A DNA stretch of 64,000 nt from an uncultured delta proteobacterium (GTDB taxonomy: Bacteria > Desulfobacterota > Binatia > Binatales > Binataceae): positions 544,001 through 608,000 of the forward strand of contig CAVQEQ010000004.1 of assembly GCA_963711565.1 (NCBI GenBank), in the 5' to 3' direction. Position numbers and translations under genes: made by a program. How positions within the stretch are numbered: position 1 is the first letter of the stretch; every line of letters begins with the position of its first letter. The notes beneath the pieces are model-generated. The model saw nothing but the letters and a program-made list of their open reading frames with translations. It made no database searches and was not told the origin of the DNA. Below are positions 38,526 to 49,527 of this stretch, one piece after another.

Positions 38526-41500
38526 CAGTTTTTCTGCCTTTGGTTTCGGCACCAAAATAACGGGCGAACCGCTAAGTTTGTTTGCCACGAGTGTATTAGT
38601 GTTATAGGCTCGTATGCCATCCTACTCTTGGGTTTTTGGGGGCCGATATGGCTTTAGCGCGTTGGCAGCTTTTGATTTTATCCGTATTTTTCCTTGCGCT
38701 GCCTAACCTCGCGATAGCAAGCCCAGACAACCCTGAAGCCAATCTCTCGATGGTCCGATTGCCGGGCGAGGTACTGCCTGCGCTATCGGCGGCGACCAGG
38801 ATTGAGCCACAGCCGGACGAATCGAACCAGCCGATCACACTCACGATCGTTCTGAAGCGTGACGATCAGGCTGGGTTCGAGAAATATCTGCACGAGATCT
38901 ACGACCCGCATTCGAAAAATTTCCATCGCTACCTGACGCAGCGCCAGATCTCCAAACGGTTTGGTCCAAGCCTGCGCGATTACGCCTCGGTGCTCCGCTA
39001 CCTGCAAAAGAATGGCTTCAAGCTCATCCGGGGTTCAAAGAACCGGCTCACTCTAACAGTGAGAGCATCGACGCGTCGTGATGCGGAAAATGCTTTCGCA
39101 ATTCGAATCGGTCGCTATCGCATCGGCCAGCGAGAGTTCTATGCCAACGACAACGACCCGGCTTTACCCTCGCAGTTAGTATCGAAGGTGAAATCGATTT
39201 CCGGTCTTTCGAGCCTCGCGGTTGGCGAACGGGTCAAAATCCAGGACTTTGACAACGCCTGCACCGGCGCTCAGATCGCTTTGGGTGTGATACCAGAACG
39301 TCGGTCCGGTGTTTAGCTTCTGGGTCACTGTGGAATGTTTCGTGGTGGACAATTTCGTGGACTTCTTCGATGCGCTGAATGCGACGCCCGGAAGCGGTTA
39401 TCATTGTCGATTCTGTTCCGCGCAACCGTTAGGCGGTAAGACCTCAGCCAATTCAATCGTGAGTGGTACGGGTCAGACGGTCGGCTTGCTCGAATTCGAC
39501 AGCTATCAAACCAGCGATGTGAACGACTACCTCAACCTGCTCGGTCTGGCCGGCGCAACTCCGGCACCGATCGGCAATCTCAGCCAGGTGCCGGTTAACG
39601 GCGGGGTATCGCCGCCGGGGAGCGACCAGGATGAGGTGTTACTCGATATCGAAACGGTCATGACCTACGCGCCGGGCGCAAAGGTGGTGGTGTATGACGC
39701 GCCCTTCAACGGGGCCCAAGGCTACACCGATTTGTACAACGCGATGATTGACGGCGGCGTAACGATCATCAGCAATAGCTGGGCGTCCTGCGAGGACCAG
39801 GTATCGCTCGGCGACGCTCAGGGTATCGACACCGTGCTGCAGAATGCTGCCGCCGCAGGCATAAGTGTTTTCAATGGTACCGGCGACGACGGAAGCACTT
39901 GCCTGGATGGCGCCGCCAACACTATCTCGGTGCCCGCGGACTCGCCGAACGCGACCGCAGTCGGCGGATCGTCGATTCAGGCCGGAGCTGGTTACACGTA
40001 TGGCAGCGAAACCTGGTGGGGCGCGGACGGCGGACAGAATGGAGGCGGTTACGGCACCAGCAAATTCTTTTCAGCGCCGAGCTATCAATCAGGTCTAGGT
40101 GGCGGAGCTAATCGATCAATACCCGACGTCGTAATCAACGCCGATCCCGAATCGGGAATGATAGTTTGCGAGGCAAGTAATGGTGGCTGCCCGAACGGAC
40201 TCCTCTACGGTGGGACGAGTCTGGCAGCGCCGTTGTGGGCCTCCTTCGCCGCGCAACTCAACCAGGCGCAGGGCAGCAATCTGGGTTTTCTCAATCTATT
40301 GATTTATCCGCTCTCCGCCAGCGACGGATTCCACAACGCGGCTTCGATGAGCAGTGACTTCGCGCATGTGGGACTTGGTTCTCCTAACGTCGATGCGTTG
40401 CATTTACTTTTGACTCGAGAGACGGCAGGACTGCCGGATGCTGCAAATTCGCAAGTCGTCGATAGCTCGACGATCGTTGAAGATGCCCAAGTGCCTGCCG
40501 TCTCCCTACCCGCGGACGGCACCTCGCAAGGTGTCGTAGTAGTGAGACTGGTGGATGCCAACGGCAACATCGTAAGTGGCAAGACAGTTTCACTCGCCCC
40601 GACGGCTGGAAGCGCGAAAATCAGTCCGGCGAGCACCACATCGAGTGTGAATGATGGGACGGCCGTTTTCATGGTCACCGACCTCACTCCCGAAACGATC
40701 ACGCTGAGTGCGACGGATACCACCGACAGCATAAGCCTCAGCGAAACCGCGAGCGTCTCGTTTGTCACCCCTGTAGCGGCGGGCGCCAGCCTCACGGCAG
40801 GACCATCGGAGGTGACGGCGGATGGCAAGACACCGGCGGACATAACTATTGTGCTGCAGGATTCTCTGGGTCGTGCCACGCCCGGAAAGCTGATACAGAT
40901 TTCCCAGACTGGCGGCAATTCCGTCATCAGCGGACCGAATCCGCCCGTCACCAATGCCAGCGGTCAGATCGAATTCACCGCGGTCAACTCGAACAACGAA
41001 ACCATCACCTATTCCGCCGTCAACGTGACCGATGGGAACCTGGCGTTACCGGAGACCGGCACTGTTACCTTCAGCGACGCGCCCGAGCCCGGTTGCTCCA
41101 ACACCTTCGTCGCGGCGCCGGGGTTTGTCGCCCAGCCATACGCGACCGGTTTCCTCGCGCAGAACTTCTGTGTGGACGGCATCTGCACCAGCGGATGTTC
41201 GGGAGCATTTGGGCTGGCCTTTGACGCCAGCAGCAACCTTTACGTTTCCGATCAGCCGACCGGCGACGTGTACAAGATTCCGCCCGGCGGCGGAGTCGCC
41301 AACTCGAGCACGTTGTTGACTCAGACCGCCCTCCCGACGCTGATCGGACTCGCCGTTGACGGCAGTGGCAATCTCTACGGCGGCGTCAACGAAGCCGGTA
41401 CGCTTTACGCCCCTGGCGGCGGCGAGGTGGTGAAGATCGATACGTCCACGGGCGCGATCGACAGCACAGTTGCGTCGGGGCTGACTTGTCCGGGGCTAAT

Positions 41501-43157
41501 CGCGATCGATCCGTTGAGCGGCGACCTGTTTGCAGACGACAACTGTTCGGGAAATGCCGGGGGAGGGGGCCTGAACGACGCGTCGTTGTGGCGAATCTCA
41601 AATCCTGCCGGGTCGCCGAGTGTATCGCTGTACACGACACTGCCAGGGAGCCCGAACGGAACAGAAGCATTCGCGCCCGGCGGAACTATCTATATCACCA
41701 CCGACGGCGGCGGAAGTACGGTGGCGGTGATCAGCGGTACCAACGGACCAACGACTCCGACGGTGAACACTCTCACAGGACTGCCTCTATTCGGGCTCGG
41801 ACTGCTGGCGATGGGATCGGAAGCAGGCGGCGCCGCTCAATACCTCATCTCCACGTTCGATCCGGTGGCAAATGTTCCCGGCGGCATCGGAACATTCGAC
41901 TTGACCACCACTCCCGTCAGTCAGAGCTCGACCGTCGTGACCAACGGCCCTGAGGCGCCTGGGATGACGATAGGTCCCGACGGATGCATGTATGCGGCGC
42001 GTGGGGTCGCGGTGTTCAGGATCACCGACACCACGGGCGCATGCACCTATGCGGCTCAGACTCCCGCGGCATCGCTGTACCTCTCGCCGATTGGAATTTC
42101 CCCAAATCCGGCACAAGGCACGCCGCAGACCTTCATTGCCCAATTTCACAACGTTGACGCGCCGGCGGGAACGCCGGTTTCGTTCTCTGTGACGGGAGCC
42201 AACCCGCAGGGCCAAATCGGCAACACCGACACGAGCGGCACCTCATCGTTTACCTATACGGCCGCGCATGCGGGCACCGACACAATCGAAGCGTCGGCGA
42301 TGGTCGGTGTGGTAAATGTCAGTTCGAACCAGGCGGTCGTCACCTGGGGCTCGGGCTCGCACGTCACCTTTATCAGTCTCAACAACAGCCCGACCACGGG
42401 GTTTGCCGATCAGTCCGTGAGCTTGAGCGCTACCCTGTCCGACGAATCAGTTACCCCGCCGTCTTCACTATCCGGGCAGCAACTGACTCTCGCTATTGGC
42501 AGTTCCAACTGCATCGCGACTACGAATTCGAACGGCGTCGGTTCTTGCTCGGCGACAGCCGGAGCCGGCGGTAGTTCTACGCTGAGCGCCAGCTTCGCGG
42601 GCGCGGCGGGATACGATCCGTCGAGCGCTTCTGAAGGCTTCAAAGTAGTTGCCTCGGTTGCAATGACCGCAACCCCGACGCCAACCGCGACCGCGACGGC
42701 AACCGCGACTGCGACGGCAACCGCAACCCCGACTGCTACACCTACTCCTGTGACCGGCAAGCTGAAGGTTACGCCGCATAAGCTCAACTTTGGCGAGATC
42801 GAAGTCGGAACGAACAGAATCAAATCGGTCGAGGTTATCAACGCGGGGAAGATCAAGAAGAAGAAAACCCCATTGCCGATTCTGATCGAGATGGAAAGAG
42901 ACGTGACAAGTCCGTTCAGCGTGACTCAGGCGTGCGATGACGATGACCTCGGCCCGAAGGGGAAAGGCATACCGGCCGGTAGATGTAAGATATCGGTAAC
43001 GTTCGTGCCGACCGCGGCGATGAAGTACAAGGGGACCCTGATGATCGACGATAACCTCGAACCCACCTTCGAGAAGAGCGTACAGCTCGAAGGATCGGGT
43101 AAGGAGCCGAAGAAATAATCAGCTCGATATTCGCGGTTTAAATCCCGTCGGGGACGC
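38526..43157. mobile_element. Genomic islet at tRNA-Glu bounded by a duplicated tRNA 3' end; no integrase
   Basis: GGTTCAAATCCCGTCGGGGACGC (38501-38523) repeated as GGTTTAAATCCCGTCGGGGACGC (43135-43157); both are followed by TTTTTCTGCCTTTG. Confidence 0.75.
38648..43118 (+). CDS. Large secreted S53 sedolisin (pro-domain, Big_1-like Ig domains, beta-propeller, Pro/Thr linker, C-terminal Ig), frameshifted near 39299
   Basis: Pro-kumamolisin-like N-terminal ORF; catalytic EVLLDIE, GTGDDG, GGTSLAAP; ADG...V.L.D..G Ig repeats; removing one base near 39299 joins the two ORFs. Confidence 0.88.
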
Positions 43158-43192
43158 TCGGGTTTTTTCTGCCTTTGCGGGGCCAATCCAGG

Positions 43193-44290
43193 CTAGCCGC
43201 CCGCGCCGTGCCGGTCAGGACGGAGCACCGTTAGTCCGCGCGGACCGGCGTTGGCGGCGGCGTGGGCCACGGCCTTGTTGACGTCGTCCAGTCCGAATTC
43301 GGTCAGGTCGAACTGGGCGAGGTCTATCAGCCCGGCGCGGACCAGCCGCACCATCCGGGCCACGGCTTCGCGAGGGTACATAAACTGGCCGCAGACGGTG
43401 ATGTAGTTCTGCATCATCCAGACATAAGGCAGCGGGATTTCGCCGCCATCAGCCCTGACGCCTCCCATCAACACTATGCGCCCGCGCGGACGCACCGCTA
43501 GCGCGGCCGCGCGCACCTGGGAGCCGGTTGCCTCCCGCGGCAGGAAATCGAGTACGAAGTCGATCGGGCCGCCCGCGAGCTCGATGATGCGTTGCCGGTC
43601 GTCCGTCTCGACGCCGGTCATCCGGGCGGGCCGCACGCGCGGACCGAAGCGGCGGACCAGGTCGTCCAGCGCGCGCTCGTTGCGGCTAGTGGCAACAACC
43701 TTCGCCGCGCCCATCGCGAGCGCCACGGCGACTCCGGCGCCGCCGAAGCCTCCGGTGGCGCCGTTCACCACCAGCGTCTCACCGGCTTGCAGATCGCCCG
43801 CCAGCAGCCCGCCGTACGGCACGAGCAGCCGGCCGAGCGCACACCACCGGCCCGCGTCCGCCGGGTCTATCTCGCCGATTCGCGTGACGTTCTCAGTCGG
43901 GACGAGCATCTGCTCGGCAAAGGAGCCGTGGTGAAAGAAACGATGCAGTCGCAGGGCCGCGGCGCTCCTGTAAGTCCAGCCCTGGAGTATCATGTCGGGA
44001 TTGGCGGCGTCGTCGCGCGAGCGGATCGTAGGGTCGCAGAAAACCCAGTCGCCGACCTGAAGCCTGGTCGCATCTGGCCCGGTTGCGCGCACCCGGCCGA
44101 TGCCGCCCGGCCCCGGCACGACCGGCAGCTCCAGCAGGTAGTTGCGGGCGCCGGAGAAGACATCGATGGCGTAGTTGGTGACGCCAGTGGCGACGACATC
44201 GACGATGACCTCGCCGGTGCCGAGCACCGGGTCGGGGAGTGTCTCGATCGTCAGCGGCGATCCGAAGGTTCTTAGGACTGCTGCTTTCAT
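43193..44290 (-). CDS. MDR-family (zinc-binding alcohol dehydrogenase-like) oxidoreductase
   Basis: MKAAVL...PLTIETLPDP, GSFAEQ, NGATGGFG; GGAGG RBS. Confidence 0.9.
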   Translation of the reverse strand: MKAAVLRTFGSPLTIETLPDPVLGTGEVIVDVVATGVTNYAIDVFSGARNYLLELPVVPGPGGIGRVRATGPDATRLQVGDWVFCDPTIRSRDDAANPDMILQGWTYRSAAALRLHRFFHHGSFAEQMLVPTENVTRIGEIDPADAGRWCALGRLLVPYGGLLAGDLQAGETLVVNGATGGFGGAGVAVALAMGAAKVVATSRNERALDDLVRRFGPRVRPARMTGVETDDRQRIIELAGGPIDFVLDFLPREATGSQVRAAALAVRPRGRIVLMGGVRADGGEIPLPYVWMMQNYITVCGQFMYPREAVARMVRLVRAGLIDLAQFDLTEFGLDDVNKAVAHAAANAGPRGLTVLRPDRHGAGG

Positions 44291-44446
44291 CGTGGTCCTC
44301 CTGTTGTACAGACTTAGCGTGACCCGCCCAGAATCGGCATTCAAGAAGATCGCTATTATCCCCGGAATTCGCAGGTCCTACCTGGAGAAGGCATAGGGAT
44401 GCTCGATCCAGCCGAAACGGATTTGGCGAATTTCTTGCTGACAGGT

Positions 44447-45103
44447 TCAGCTTAGCGAGTGCTGACGCTTGAGAAATTCGATCTCTTCTTTGGTTGATTG
44501 TCGGCCGAGCGCCTCGTTGCGGGCCGGAAACCTTCCGAATCGCCGAATCATCTTCAGGTGCGACTCGGCGGACATCCGGACTACGGCACCTTCCGAGGGT
44601 TCGCTAAAGTCATCGGCTAGAACGAGGGCGAGGCGTACCGATTCCATTTGATCGTGCGGATCTTCACTGTGTTCGAACGGCAGATACAAAAACATCCGCA
44701 TGACCGGCGGCAATTCGCGATCGAATCCGGATGCAATTGCGTGGCGGCTGACCTCGCGTGCTTTAGCGTCAGTCGCAAACGCTCGCGCGGTGTCGCGGAA
44801 CATGTTGCGCGGAAATTGGTCCAGCAATAATACCAGCGCGAGACAACTTCTGGGAGCTTTTTTCCAGCTGTCCAGCCGGCCAAACGCAGCTTCCTTGTAA
44901 CTATCGAAAAAAAGAGACTTACAGAGCCGGTCGAACGCGCGATCGGGCACGAACCATCGTGACCAAAGATGGACCCCATCCTCGGCGTGACCGGGCGTCA
45001 TCCAGAAATTGAGGATGCGCTCGGCTTGCGAAGCTGTGCGGCTGCTGTCCGGAGCGCCTTTGGAAGATACGCTTCGTCTGGATTTCGATCGTGGGTTTTT
45101 CAC
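44447..45103 (-). CDS. DUF924 family protein
   Basis: ILNFW, LALVLLLDQFPRNMFR, FLYLPFEHSE, RFGRFPARN.ALGRQST. Confidence 0.92.
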   Translation of the reverse strand: MKNPRSKSRRSVSSKGAPDSSRTASQAERILNFWMTPGHAEDGVHLWSRWFVPDRAFDRLCKSLFFDSYKEAAFGRLDSWKKAPRSCLALVLLLDQFPRNMFRDTARAFATDAKAREVSRHAIASGFDRELPPVMRMFLYLPFEHSEDPHDQMESVRLALVLADDFSEPSEGAVVRMSAESHLKMIRRFGRFPARNEALGRQSTKEEIEFLKRQHSLS

Positions 45104-45139
45104 ATCTCAGGCGGTTTTGTGGTTGGGTCGACGCACGCC

Positions 45140-48100
45140 CTATGCGTTTAGTTCCTGAAGGAGCGCTCTGGCATCTCTCAAGTCCGCGGTATCGAAGCCT
45201 TCAGTGAACGATCCGTAGATTTCGGCGAGCAGCGGGCGTGCTTCTTCGCGGCGATTCAAGTCTTGCAGCATCCGCGCAAGGCTGGTGCTTGCGCGCAACT
45301 CCCACGATTTGGCTCGTTGCATCCGCGAGATATCGAGCGCCGTGTGAAAGGACTGCTCGGCGGCGGCCGCATTGGCCGCGTCGTGGCCCAATAGCAGTTC
45401 ACCCTTCAGGCGATGCAACTCGGCCTGATAGTACTGTTGGCCGGTCCTATCGGTAAAAAGGAATGCTTCATCTATCGCGGCGAGCCCTTCTTCATAGCGC
45501 CCGGCGCGGCCCAAGGCCGTCGCGATAAATGAAAGACCGCGATCGGTTATATATTCGGAGCCGCCGGCCTTTAGCTGTGACATGTGGGTTCTCATCCTCG
45601 CGATGCCACCCTCGAGGTCGCCGTCGAGCGCGTCGGCCCATCCCAGATAGATTTCGCTGAGCGCTCTGCCCGTGAACAAACCGGAAGCGATCGCTATTGC
45701 AAGTCTGGCCTCCGCTCTGGACCGCATTTGCCGGGTGTCGCGCCGAAGCTCGCAAATGTATGCCGCGAATCCGTGTAAGTCACCGATCAAGCTCTTTGAC
45801 GTGCGATTATCCGTTGCGGTCGCGCTATTCATTCGCTCCAACGCTCGATCGGGGTAACCGAGAAACCACAGGTTCCAACCCGAAATAATGCGATTGTTTT
45901 CCAAGGTGTATAAAAGCTGGACCGCTGCCTGTGCCTGGGAAATCTGTGTTGCGCGTCCGTGCGTGAGATCCGATGCCGGTTTGGTGATCGATTCCAGAAC
46001 TGTCCATGTTCGATCGAAAGCATCGGCGGCGGCATCGAAATCCCCCGCGACCATTTTGATGTAGGCCAGCCAATTGCCGGCTTCCGCGAGGAGTCCGTCG
46101 GCGCCGCGTTCCTCGGCGCGCGCCATCAACTCGGCAGCGATCGCTCCCGCCCTGCGCACGTCGGGACGCATCTGCTGCACGAAGTAAATGCCGAAAAGCG
46201 CCCACCAGCTTTTTTCCCAGTTGACGCCGGGACGTTGACAAAGGGCTATTGCGCGCTGGGTCGAGCGTTCGACTTCGGGCGAAGCGAGTCCCTTTATATC
46301 TCCGAGGGCGCTATAGGCCGCGATGCGCAGGTCCAACTCCCGGTCGGCGCGCGAGTCGTCGTCGGGAAGCTTCTGCAGTAGGTCAAGTCCGGTATCGAAC
46401 AGCGCGACTGCCTCGGCGAGCGAGCCACGCTCCTGGCTTTGCTGGATCGCAAGGAGGCAATAGCCAACGGCCTTTTCGTGATTGCCGCTGCGGGCGTAGT
46501 GGAACGTCAGCGCCGCAAGATGATCGCCAAGGTTATCGCGATAGACCGATTCCAGGCGGGCGCCGATCCGTTCGTGCAGCAGCCGCCGGCGTTCATTGAG
46601 CACCGAGTTATACGCAACGTCATGGGTAAGAGCATGCTTGAAGGTGTACTCAAGGTCTCCTACTGCCGGCTGCTCGTAGATGAACTCACCTAACTGAAGC
46701 TCCGATAGCATCGACTCAAGGTCAGATACTCCCGGGTCCGCTTCTTTGTGCAACTGAGTCAGCGCCATCGTTGTCGCTTCGGAGTTCGTGCTCGCAATCG
46801 CCGAGATGGTTGGCGGCTGCCATACATGACGAACCAAGCCGAGCTTGAACTCCATGCCGACGACGGCGAGCGTCTGCAGCAAATCTTTCTGGTCCGGCGG
46901 CAAGCGGTCGATGCGCGCGGCCAGGATTGCCTGAACCGTGGGTGGGATCTTCAGTTCGCGCAGCGGTTTGGTGAGCCTCGTAATGCCGTTGCGCACCAGT
47001 GCTCCTTCGTCCAGGAGAACCTGTACGGTCTCTTCCATGAAGAAGGGGTTGCCCTCGGTCTTCTCTACGATGATTCGCTTGAGCGGTGCTAAATCCGGCT
47101 CGTCGCCGAGGAGAGCGGTCAGCATCTCATCGGCGCTTTCCTTGCCAAGCGGGTCGAGCCGCAACTGCGTGTAGTAGGTTTTGCTCCCCCATTCGTGGCG
47201 GTACTCGGGCCGATAGTTGACCAGGAGCAGGATGCGCGCGGTGCCGATAGAGTCCGCGAGCAAGTTCAGAAACACCTGCGACTCATTATCGATCCAGTGC
47301 AGGTCTTCGAATACGACGATAAGCGGCTGGTTCAGGCTTTCGCGCAAGAGTATCCGCTTGACCGCGTCGAGCGCGCGATGTTTTCGAGTTTGTGCCTTGA
47401 TTTCCGCAATCTGATTGTCGTCATCGGCGATGCCGAGCAGGCCGTATAGGTACTGCAGCGTATCTTCCAGCGAACGATCGAGCGTCAGCACCCTGCCGTT
47501 GATCTTCTCGCGCCGCTTGCGCGCATCATCTTCGGACGAAATCTCGAAGTACGAGTACAGGAGATCGATCAGCGGCAAGAATGCCGAGGCCTGTCCGTGT
47601 GAGACCGAGAATGCTTCGAGCACCATCCAGCCCGAGCGCGATACAGCCTTGAACTCGAACAGGAGCCTCGACTTGCCGACGCCCGCCTCGGCCATCGCCG
47701 CGACGATCTGGCCGCGCCCCGCTTGCGCCTGCTCGGCGGCGCGTTTCATCGCCTGTATTTCATTCTGGCGCCCGACGAACTTGGTGTAGCCGCGCCCCGC
47801 GGAGCGTTGCAGACGTGTGCGCAGAGGCCCCAGCCCGGTTACCTCGTACACCTCAACCGGTTCGGTGACCCCTTTGATACGCGCGAGCCCCAGCTCGTTG
47901 AGCGTGAAGTAGCCCTCGACCAGGCTGCGCACTGCGGGGCCGATCGCGATCGATCCCGCCGGCGCCAGCGCCTGTAGTCGCGAGGCGAGACTTATCGAGT
48001 GACCGATCGGCGTATATTCGGTGTCCGTCTCACCGGTCTTGATCGTTCGCACCACGGCTTCACCGACATTGACCCCAATTCGGATCGTGATGGGCGGCTC

Positions 48101-48619
48101 ACCACGCTCTCGCAGCCGATCCGAGTAGCGCCTGAGGTCCTCCTGCATGCGCAGCGCGGCATAAAGCGCATGCTGCGGATGATCCTCGAGCGCGATTGGC
48201 GCGCCGAACACCGCGAAGATTCCGTCGCCCGTGGATTGGGCGACGTAGCCTCCATAACGGCGGACCGCTTCGATCATCAGCTGAAGAGCCGGATCAAAGA
48301 TCGCGCGCGCATCTTCGGGATCGAGGTGCTCGATCATCTCCATCGATCCCTTGATATCCGCGAAGAGCGCGGTAACAGTCTTCCGCTCGCCTTCACTGGC
48401 GGAGGGATCATGCTGCTCCGGCACGGGCGCGGGCTCGGTCGCAGCCGGCTTCGTAGCACGCGCTTTGGCCTCGAATGGGGCGCCGCAATCGCGGCAGAAC
48501 TTCGCGGGAGGCGAATACTCCGCGCCGCACTTCGGACACTTGGCGGGAAAAGGATTCCCACACTCAGCGCAGAATCTGGTGCCGGGCGGATTTTCGGAAC
48601 TGCATTTGGGACAGCGCAT
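45140..48619 (-). CDS. Double zinc ribbon + class III nucleotidyl cyclase + STAND ATPase + TPR protein
   Basis: Four CxxC; ALFADIKGS and GDG; EAGVGKS, FEDLHWID, TEGNPFF, FKHAL; AKSWELRA, FTEGFDTADL. Confidence 0.93.
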   Translation of the reverse strand: MRCPKCSSENPPGTRFCAECGNPFPAKCPKCGAEYSPPAKFCRDCGAPFEAKARATKPAATEPAPVPEQHDPSASEGERKTVTALFADIKGSMEMIEHLDPEDARAIFDPALQLMIEAVRRYGGYVAQSTGDGIFAVFGAPIALEDHPQHALYAALRMQEDLRRYSDRLRERGEPPITIRIGVNVGEAVVRTIKTGETDTEYTPIGHSISLASRLQALAPAGSIAIGPAVRSLVEGYFTLNELGLARIKGVTEPVEVYEVTGLGPLRTRLQRSAGRGYTKFVGRQNEIQAMKRAAEQAQAGRGQIVAAMAEAGVGKSRLLFEFKAVSRSGWMVLEAFSVSHGQASAFLPLIDLLYSYFEISSEDDARKRREKINGRVLTLDRSLEDTLQYLYGLLGIADDDNQIAEIKAQTRKHRALDAVKRILLRESLNQPLIVVFEDLHWIDNESQVFLNLLADSIGTARILLLVNYRPEYRHEWGSKTYYTQLRLDPLGKESADEMLTALLGDEPDLAPLKRIIVEKTEGNPFFMEETVQVLLDEGALVRNGITRLTKPLRELKIPPTVQAILAARIDRLPPDQKDLLQTLAVVGMEFKLGLVRHVWQPPTISAIASTNSEATTMALTQLHKEADPGVSDLESMLSELQLGEFIYEQPAVGDLEYTFKHALTHDVAYNSVLNERRRLLHERIGARLESVYRDNLGDHLAALTFHYARSGNHEKAVGYCLLAIQQSQERGSLAEAVALFDTGLDLLQKLPDDDSRADRELDLRIAAYSALGDIKGLASPEVERSTQRAIALCQRPGVNWEKSWWALFGIYFVQQMRPDVRRAGAIAAELMARAEERGADGLLAEAGNWLAYIKMVAGDFDAAADAFDRTWTVLESITKPASDLTHGRATQISQAQAAVQLLYTLENNRIISGWNLWFLGYPDRALERMNSATATDNRTSKSLIGDLHGFAAYICELRRDTRQMRSRAEARLAIAIASGLFTGRALSEIYLGWADALDGDLEGGIARMRTHMSQLKAGGSEYITDRGLSFIATALGRAGRYEEGLAAIDEAFLFTDRTGQQYYQAELHRLKGELLLGHDAANAAAAEQSFHTALDISRMQRAKSWELRASTSLARMLQDLNRREEARPLLAEIYGSFTEGFDTADLRDARALLQELNA

Positions 48620-48638
48620 CTTGCAAGATCGGCGTGCG

Positions 48639-49340
48639 CTACGGCTTGACCACCTCGCCGCGATGATCCTTGTACATGCGGTCGCGCCAGGCGAATACTT
48701 CGGCGAAGGCTGGATCTTCGCCGAGCGGGTCAAGGTAAACGAACCGCAGTTCCGGCGTAAAGACGAAAAACTCCTGCGGCGCCGCCTTGAAAAGCATCAG
48801 CATCGCCGCGGTGGTTATGTCGGCGCGAGTGAACGTATCACCGACCAGGTATTTGCGTCCGCTCAGCGTCTCCCTAAGGCTCGTCAGGATTCTCGTAATC
48901 GTGAACCTGCTCTGCTCTTCCTCGAATGGTGAATATCCATACTTTTCCGCGAAGTACTTTCCGCTCTTTTGTGCTTCGGGGTCATCGATGCGGAGCAGGC
49001 GCCCTGTGATCATCACGCGGCCATGAGGCCCCAGCGCGTTAAGCGCGACTTCTTCCCATAGCGTCACCATCGCGCGCTCTTTCGCCGACTTGGGTAACAA
49101 CGCCGGCTCCGGTCTCGTTTCCTCGAGCCAATCCAGAATCGCACTGGAATCCGGAATCACTTTATCGCCGGCGATCAACACCGGCACCATCGCCTGGCCG
49201 GTCAATTTCTTCACCGCAGCTTCATCAACGCCGGCCTCGTAGTTCTGTTTCTCATAGGGCAATTTTTTGAATGCGAAGGCCCATCTGACCCGTTCCGACC
49301 AGGGCGATCCGTACATTGTGATCAGCTTGGTTGTGCCCAT
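48639..49340 (-). CDS. Glutathione S-transferase family protein
   Basis: SPWSERVRWA, GQAMVPVL, DSSAILDWLE, YLVGDTFTRADI. Confidence 0.92.
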   Translation of the reverse strand: MGTTKLITMYGSPWSERVRWAFAFKKLPYEKQNYEAGVDEAAVKKLTGQAMVPVLIAGDKVIPDSSAILDWLEETRPEPALLPKSAKERAMVTLWEEVALNALGPHGRVMITGRLLRIDDPEAQKSGKYFAEKYGYSPFEEEQSRFTITRILTSLRETLSGRKYLVGDTFTRADITTAAMLMLFKAAPQEFFVFTPELRFVYLDPLGEDPAFAEVFAWRDRMYKDHRGEVVKP

Positions 49341-49426
49341 GAAAAAACCTCCCCGGGGCTAGTCCTTTCGATGTTTCCCTCGCGAGGATCGTAAGTTAGT
49401 CCAAGCCGGCCGCCAAGGCCTTTTGG

Positions 49427-49455
49427 CTGAACTTTGTCTGAACTCGATCTGAACT
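49427..49455. promoter_or_regulatory. Three CTGAACT heptamer direct repeats at an 11-bp period (OmpR/SARP-type site)
   Basis: CTGAACT at 49427, 49438 and 49449 in the divergent intergenic region. Confidence 0.7.
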
Positions 49456-49527
49456 TTCGCGCGACGGTCGAAGCGTCGAGCCTATACGCTCGCCAGGCGC
49501 GGAAGTAGAATCGGCGAAAGCTGCAAA

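Noticed and set aside
42664-42750. Short tandem DNA repeat as a contingency locus (also near 31995-32070)
   Set aside because: Third positions vary; it simply encodes a Thr/Ala/Pro linker.
38526-43157. Prophage or ICE at tRNA-Glu
   Set aside because: No integrase, phage or conjugation genes between the repeats.
43135-43157. A second tRNA gene
   Set aside because: Only the T-arm and 3' acceptor strand are present; no D or anticodon arm and no CCA.
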